From Alphaproteobacteria bacterium (lineage in GTDB: Bacteria > Pseudomonadota > Alphaproteobacteria > UBA6615): a stretch of DNA of 22,190 nt. Position numbers and translations under genes: made by a program. The DNA lies in contig CBDHEC010000005.1 in NCBI GenBank assembly GCA_965261975.1, positions 1 to 22,190 on the forward strand, in the 5' to 3' direction. Position 1 is the first letter of the stretch, and each line of letters opens with the position of its first letter. Positions 16,942-22,190 of this stretch are shown here, one piece after another. The notes below the pieces were generated by a model. The model had not been told where the DNA came from and ran no database searches. It saw nothing but the letters and a program-made list of their open reading frames with translations.

Positions 16942-18762
16942 CTATTTGCCGGGCTGCGCCCAAAGCGTCTCGAGCCGCAGGCCATAAACGGGCACGGTCT
17001 GCGGGCGTCCGATCCGCGTCCAGTAGGCGAGGCGCTGCCCGGTGTCGTGGTAGAGCGGCATTACATAGTGATTCCACATCAGCAACCGGTCGAGGGCCCG
17101 GGCGGCCGCGACGAGCTCCGGGCGATCGCGCGCCTCACCCAGCGCTGCGATCATCGCGTCGACGGCCGGGTCCGCGACACCTGCCCAGTTTCGCCCGCCG
17201 GGCTGGTCGGCCGTCTGCGAACTCCAGTAATTCTGCTGTTCGTTGCCCGGTGACAGGGTGACGCCCCAGAAGCCGAAAACCATGTCGAAATCATAGGAAT
17301 CGATGAGCCCCTGGAACTGGGCGGATTCGACCAGCCTTACCGATGTTGCGATCCCGAGGCGCTTCAGGTTGCGGCTATAGGCGAGCGCGATGCGCTCGTT
17401 GGATGGCCGACGAATGGTGATCTCGAGGCGCAATGTCTGCCCGGCCGCATTGACGCGTGCATTGTTCTCGATCCGCCAGCCCGCCGCCGAGAGAAGTTCG
17501 GCGGCGCGTTTGAGGTTGGCCCGCGGACGCCCGGATCCGTCCGTGGTCGGCGGTGCATAGGCCGGCCCGAACACGCTGTCGGGGATCTTGTCGCGCCACG
17601 GCTCGAGCAACGCCAGTTCATCTCCCTGGGGGGGGCCATCGGGCGCCATGTCGGAGCCCGAGAACATGCTCCGGGTGCGCGCATAACCACGATGCAAAAG
17701 GGTCTTGTTGAGCCATTCGAAATCGAAGGCGAGGGTCAGGGCCTCGCGCACCCGTGCGTCGGCAAACTTCTGACGCCGCAAGTTGAACGCCAAGGCGCTT
17801 AGTCCCGACGGGAGGCCGGTTTCCAGCACGTCGAGCTCCACGGCACCTGTCGCCGCGGCGGGAATGTCGTATTGCGTGGCCCAGCGCGCGGCATCGCCTT
17901 CGAAGCGGATGTCATAGTCACCGGCCTTGAAGGCCTCGAGCGCGACGGCGGAATCGCGGAAATAATCAAACCGGATGTCGTCGAAATTATACTGGCCCCG
18001 GTTCACCGCCAGATCCGCGCCCCAGTAGTTCGGGTTGCGCCGAAACGAGAGGCCCCGGCCGGGATCGACGGATTGGATCGTGTAGGGCCCGCTCGCCAGC
18101 GGTGGTTCCAGTGTCGTGGCGTTGAAGGTTCGGTCCTGCCACCAGGCTTTCGACAGGATCGGCATGAAGCCGGCGATCAGCATCGGCAATTCGCGGTCGC
18201 GGTTGTCGACGAAGGTGAACCGCACCCGGTGCGGCCCTTTCGCCTCGGCCTCGACCACGCGCGCCCAGGTGGCGCGCGCATTGGGACTGCCGTGGGTCTT
18301 GAGGGTCTCCCAGCTGAAGATTACGTCGTCCGCCGTGACGGGGCTGCCGTCCGAGAAGCGTGCTTGCGCGCGCAGGGTGAACTCGACCCAGGCGCGGTCC
18401 GCCGGTGTTTCGATGGTCTCGGCCAGAAGGCCGTAGAGGGAGAACGGTTCGTCGCGGCTGCGCTTGGCCAGGGTCTCGAAATAGATCCCGAAACCATGGT
18501 GGAGCCCTGCCGCGGGTTTGCCCTTGATGATGTAGGGGTTGAGCGAATCGAAGCTGCCGATGGCGTGCAGGCGCAGGCTGCCACCCTTCGGGGCGTTGGG
18601 GTTCACATAGTCGAAATGGGTGAAATCGGCGGCATATTTCGGTGTCCCGAGCATCGCGATGGCGGCGCCGGGCTCGGCGGTCGCCGGGGTCGCGCCTGCG
18701 AAAGCGACAAAGGCCAGGGCGAGCATGCGGAGGAGCGGGATGTGGGGACTGTTCTGGCGCAT
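16942..18762 (-). CDS. ABC transporter peptide-binding protein, YejA-like (SBP family 5)
   Basis: Signal peptide; GTPKYAADFTHFDYVNPNAPKGG, GSFDSLNPYIIKG, RFSDGSPVTADDV, FNLRR..FAD.RVREAL.LAFDFEW and ARALDRLL motifs. Confidence 0.9.
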   Translation of the reverse strand: MRQNSPHIPLLRMLALAFVAFAGATPATAEPGAAIAMLGTPKYAADFTHFDYVNPNAPKGGSLRLHAIGSFDSLNPYIIKGKPAAGLHHGFGIYFETLAKRSRDEPFSLYGLLAETIETPADRAWVEFTLRAQARFSDGSPVTADDVIFSWETLKTHGSPNARATWARVVEAEAKGPHRVRFTFVDNRDRELPMLIAGFMPILSKAWWQDRTFNATTLEPPLASGPYTIQSVDPGRGLSFRRNPNYWGADLAVNRGQYNFDDIRFDYFRDSAVALEAFKAGDYDIRFEGDAARWATQYDIPAAATGAVELDVLETGLPSGLSALAFNLRRQKFADARVREALTLAFDFEWLNKTLLHRGYARTRSMFSGSDMAPDGPPQGDELALLEPWRDKIPDSVFGPAYAPPTTDGSGRPRANLKRAAELLSAAGWRIENNARVNAAGQTLRLEITIRRPSNERIALAYSRNLKRLGIATSVRLVESAQFQGLIDSYDFDMVFGFWGVTLSPGNEQQNYWSSQTADQPGGRNWAGVADPAVDAMIAALGEARDRPELVAAARALDRLLMWNHYVMPLYHDTGQRLAYWTRIGRPQTVPVYGLRLETLWAQPGK

Positions 18763-18869
18763 GGCTCAAGCGATCTTTACTGGGGACGACGGTGATGCAA
18801 CCCAAATATACTGTTCAACATGAGTCGAAATTGCGACCGCACCATAAATCGATGTGACGGGATTCGGAG

Positions 18870-19985
18870 ATGCTGATCGGCGTGCCACGGGAAATCAAGA
18901 ATCGCGAGTACCGCGTGGGCCTGACTCCGGCCTCGGTGCGCGAACTGGTGCATCACGGCCATCAGGTGACGGTCGAGGCGGAAGCCGGCCTGGGCGCGAA
19001 TTTCGCCGACGCCGACTATGAGGCCGCCGGTGCGGAAATCGCGCCGGACGCCGCGGCGGTGTTCGCGGCGGCGGACATGATCGTCAAGGTGAAGGAGCCA
19101 CAGCCCGAGGAGTTCGGCCTGCTGCGTGAGGGGCAGATCCTGTTCACCTATCTGCATCTTGCGGCCGAGCGCGACGTGACCCAGGCGCTGATCGATGCGG
19201 GTGCGGTCGCGATCGCCTATGAGACGGTGACCGGCCGGAACGGCGGGTTGCCGCTGCTGGCACCCATGAGCGAGGTGGCCGGGCGCATGTCGATCCAGGT
19301 CGGCGCGCATTATCTCGAGAAGGAAGCGGGCGGCCGTGGCGTTTTGATGGGCGGGGTGCCGGGCGTCGAGGCGGCCGATGTTCTGGTGATCGGCGGCGGC
19401 GTGTCGGGGACCAATGCGGTACGCATGGCCATGGGCATGGAAGCCAAGGTCACCGTGCTCGATCGATCCCTCGACCGGCTGCGCGAGCTGGACATGCAGT
19501 TCGGCCCGACGCTCAACACGATCTACTCCACGGTCGACGCAGTCGAACGCTATGCGCTGAATTCGGATCTCGTGATCGGCGCGGTGCTGGTGCCGGGTGC
19601 CGCCGCCCCGCGATTGCTGACGGCGGATACGGTGAAACGCATGCGCCGGGGCGCGGTGCTGGTCGACATCGCGATCGACCAGGGCGGCTGCTTCGAGACC
19701 TCGAAACCCACGACCCATGATGAGCCCACCTACATCGTCGACGAGGTGGTCCATTACTGCGTGACGAACATGCCGGCCGCCGTGGCGCGATCCTCGACCG
19801 CGGCGCTCAACAACGCGACCCTGCCTTATGTTCTGGCGTTGGCCGACAAGGGCTATCGCGAGGCGCTGCGTGATGATGTGGGGCTCAGAGGCGGCCTCAG
19901 TGTGGCGCGCGGTGCCGTGACCCATGAAGCGGTGGCCGCGGCGCTGGACCTGCCGCTCGTGAACACCGACGAGGTCCTGGCCTAG
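18870..19985 (+). CDS. ald: Alanine dehydrogenase
   Basis: [59 protein letters not shown] and HYCVTNMP motifs; GGAG RBS-like sequence just upstream. Confidence 0.97.
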   Translation: MLIGVPREIKNREYRVGLTPASVRELVHHGHQVTVEAEAGLGANFADADYEAAGAEIAPDAAAVFAAADMIVKVKEPQPEEFGLLREGQILFTYLHLAAERDVTQALIDAGAVAIAYETVTGRNGGLPLLAPMSEVAGRMSIQVGAHYLEKEAGGRGVLMGGVPGVEAADVLVIGGGVSGTNAVRMAMGMEAKVTVLDRSLDRLRELDMQFGPTLNTIYSTVDAVERYALNSDLVIGAVLVPGAAAPRLLTADTVKRMRRGAVLVDIAIDQGGCFETSKPTTHDEPTYIVDEVVHYCVTNMPAAVARSSTAALNNATLPYVLALADKGYREALRDDVGLRGGLSVARGAVTHEAVAAALDLPLVNTDEVLA

Positions 19986-20690
19986 GCGTATTCGTCGTTG
20001 ATATCGAGGGCGTAACCCGCCGACCGGACGGTGCGGATCAGGTCGTCCGTGCCCGGCAGGTTCATCGCCTTGCGCAGGCGCCGGATGTGCACATCGACGG
20101 TGCGGGGCTCGATATAGACGTCATGGCCCCAGACCGAATCCAGAAGCTGTTCGCGCGAGAAGACGCGACCGGGATGCTCCATCATGAAGCGCAGGAGGCG
20201 AAACTCCGTCGGTCCCAGTTCCACGGGCGCGTCGGCGCGGCTGACCCGGTGGGTCGCCAGATCCATGGCGATATCGCCATAGGTCAGCAGGTCCTTGTCG
20301 AAGGCCGGCCGGGTACGACGCAGGACGGCCTTGACCCGCGCGATCAATTCGCTCGGCGAGAAGGGCTTGACCACATAGTCGTCGGCGCCGGCGTCGAGCC
20401 CGCGAATGCGGTCGTCCTCCTCGCCGCGTGCGGTCAGGAGGATGATCGGCAGGTCGCGCGTGTCGGGGTTGCGCCGGATGCGGCGGCAGATCTCGATACC
20501 CGGACAAATAGGGCAGCATCCAGTCGAGCAGCATGAGGTCGGGCGCGTGTTCCTCGACCGCGAGCATGGCCTCGTCGCCGTCGCGCGCGACCTGTACCTG
20601 GAAACCGGCCTTCTCCAGGTTGTAGGAGATCAGCTCGACGAGCGGGGGTTCGTCTTCGACGATCAGGACGCTGGGCTGCAGGGTGCTCAC
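19982..20690 (-). CDS. phoB: Phosphate regulon response regulator PhoB, one-base frameshift (probably a sequencing error)
   Basis: Receiver domain (LIVEDE...LLDWMLP) in one frame; ADDYVVKPFSP and the winged helix (RTVDVHIRRLRK...RTVRSAGY) in another. The span is 709 nt = 236 codons + 1; the extra G is in the run at 20499-20501. Confidence 0.9.
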
Positions 20691-20710
20691 GGGTTGTCTC
20701 TGCGCGGTGC

Positions 20711-21455
20711 TTAACTGGGCTCGACGACGGTGACGCTGGCCTCGTCGGCCTTGGGGCGGTCCCCGTCCAGCGCGACGCCTTCGACCTGGTAGTAGATGAG
20801 CTCGGCGATGTTGGTGGCCAGGTCGCCGATCCGCTCGATGTTGCGTGCGACGAAAAGAAGATGGGTACAGGCGGTGATGTTGCGCGCATCCTCCATCATG
20901 TAGGTCAGCAATTCGCGGAACAGGCTGTCATACATGTCATCGAGCTCGGCTTGTCGCGGTTCCCAGACCTGCGCGTGCCTTGGCGAGATCGTTGTTGGAA
21001 AACGCGTCGAGCACATCCTTGAACCATGCTCGCGGGACCATGCGTCCCATCCGGGGGATGGTGAACATCGGCTTGATCGGTGGGTTCTGGTTCAGGGCGA
21101 TGGTGCGCTTGCGCGATATTCTTGGCATAGTCGCCGATCCGCTCGATCGATGCGGGGCGATCTTGAGGCGCGGCCACGATGTGGCCCGCAGATCGGTGGC
21201 CATGCGGCTGGCGCCGGGCGATCAGGCTGGATTGCCAGTCTCCTCGATCTCGACCTGCAGCTCATCGATCCGGCATGTCGTCTCTCGATGATGTGCGCGG
21301 CTTCCTCGACTGAATGCGCGCTGTTGCAGCGCATTCGATGGCGCGTCTCGATCTGGGACCTCGGCAAGTCCGCCCATGCGGCTGATCTGGTCGCTAAGCC
21401 GGCTGAGCTCTTCGTCGAATGATTTGACGATATGGTCTGTACTGGATCAGATGTG
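20711..21455 (-). CDS. phoU: Phosphate signalling protein PhoU, multiple frameshifts; start approximate
   Basis: Fragments in different frames: [41 protein letters not shown] and [34 protein letters not shown]. Confidence 0.85.
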
Positions 21456-21490
21456 CTTCAACGTTTCCTATCGGCGCGTCGGCGCAAATC

Positions 21491-22190
21491 CTAACCGAAG
21501 CGACCTGTGATGTAGTCCTGAGTCCGCTTCGTCCTCCGGGATTGGTGAAAATCTGTTTCGGTGTTGCCCCTGATTCGACGAGATCGCCGAGATGGAAAAA
21601 TGCGGTCTTCTGGCTAACCCGGGCGGCCTGCTGCATCGAATGGGTCACGATGACGATGGTGAAATTCTGGCGCAACTCGTCGATCAGCTCCTCGATGCGG
21701 GCCGTGGCAATCGGGTCGAGTGCCGAACATGGCTCATCCATCAGGATCACCTCGTGGGCTGACCGCGATGGCGCGGGCGATGCACAGGCGTTGCTGCTGT
21801 CCGCCCGACAGGCCGGTACCGGGCTCTTCGAGCCGGTCCTTGACCTCGTCCCACAGGCCTGCGCGGCGCAGGCTCGCCTCCACCAGCTCGTCTGATATCG
21901 GTCTTGCCCTGGCCACCATACCGTGGATCCGGGGACCATAGGCGATGTTGTCATAGATCGACTTCGGGAAGGGGTTGGGCTTCTGGAACACCATGCCGAC
22001 CTTGCGCGCGAAGCTGGACCACATCAATGGCGCGGGTCATAGATGTCGCTGGATCGTCGATCTCGATCTTGCCGGTCGACCCGGCAGATCGTCGATGGTG
22101 TCGTTCATCCGGTTGATGCAGCGCAGGAAGGTCGACTTGCCGCAACCGGACGGTCCGATCAGGGCCGTGACCTGGTTTTCGGGCACGTCG
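21491..22190 (-). CDS. pstB: Phosphate ABC transporter ATPase PstB, 5'-truncated, multiple frameshifts
   Basis: Walker [67 protein letters not shown] and C-terminal DYITGRFG*, spread over several frames. Confidence 0.88.

Noticed and set aside
20490-20510. Programmed frameshift in phoB
   Set aside because: A single extra G in a short homopolymer beside an indel-rich region, with no slippery heptamer; a sequencing error is simpler.
1-22190. CRISPR arrays, rRNA/tRNA genes, IS elements
   Set aside because: Intergenic gaps are all about 200 bp or less and show no repeat-spacer pattern or RNA gene signature.

Overview
GC-rich alphaproteobacterial chromosomal segment (Rhodospirillales-like by gene order and protein style; inference), mostly housekeeping genes. 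In order: a 5'-truncated LpoA/LppC-like PBP-activator gene; hemW-rdgB-rph (minus); hrcA-grpE; an antisense two-gene unit (DUF1848 radical-SAM-like protein plus FkbM methyltransferase) between grpE and dnaK; dnaK-dnaJ-dapB; a DUF2244/nth divergent pair; a minus-strand bactofilin - small membrane ORF - lipoprotein unit; an EI24/CysZ-like protein; a PfkB kinase; a ZIP transporter; a YejA-like solute-binding protein; ald; and pstB-phoU-phoB with frameshifts that look like assembly errors. I saw no rRNA, tRNA, CRISPR array or mobile element. Best leads: (1) an unannotated 44-aa single-TM ORF with a good RBS between bactofilin and a lipoprotein, downstream of an AT-rich region holding a perfect DnaA box, a degenerate CtrA-like site and GANTC sites; (2) the DUF1848-FkbM unit inside the heat-shock locus; (3) a ZIP transporter with eukaryote-like subfamily II motifs. 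Family calls come from motif recognition by eye; no database searches were run.
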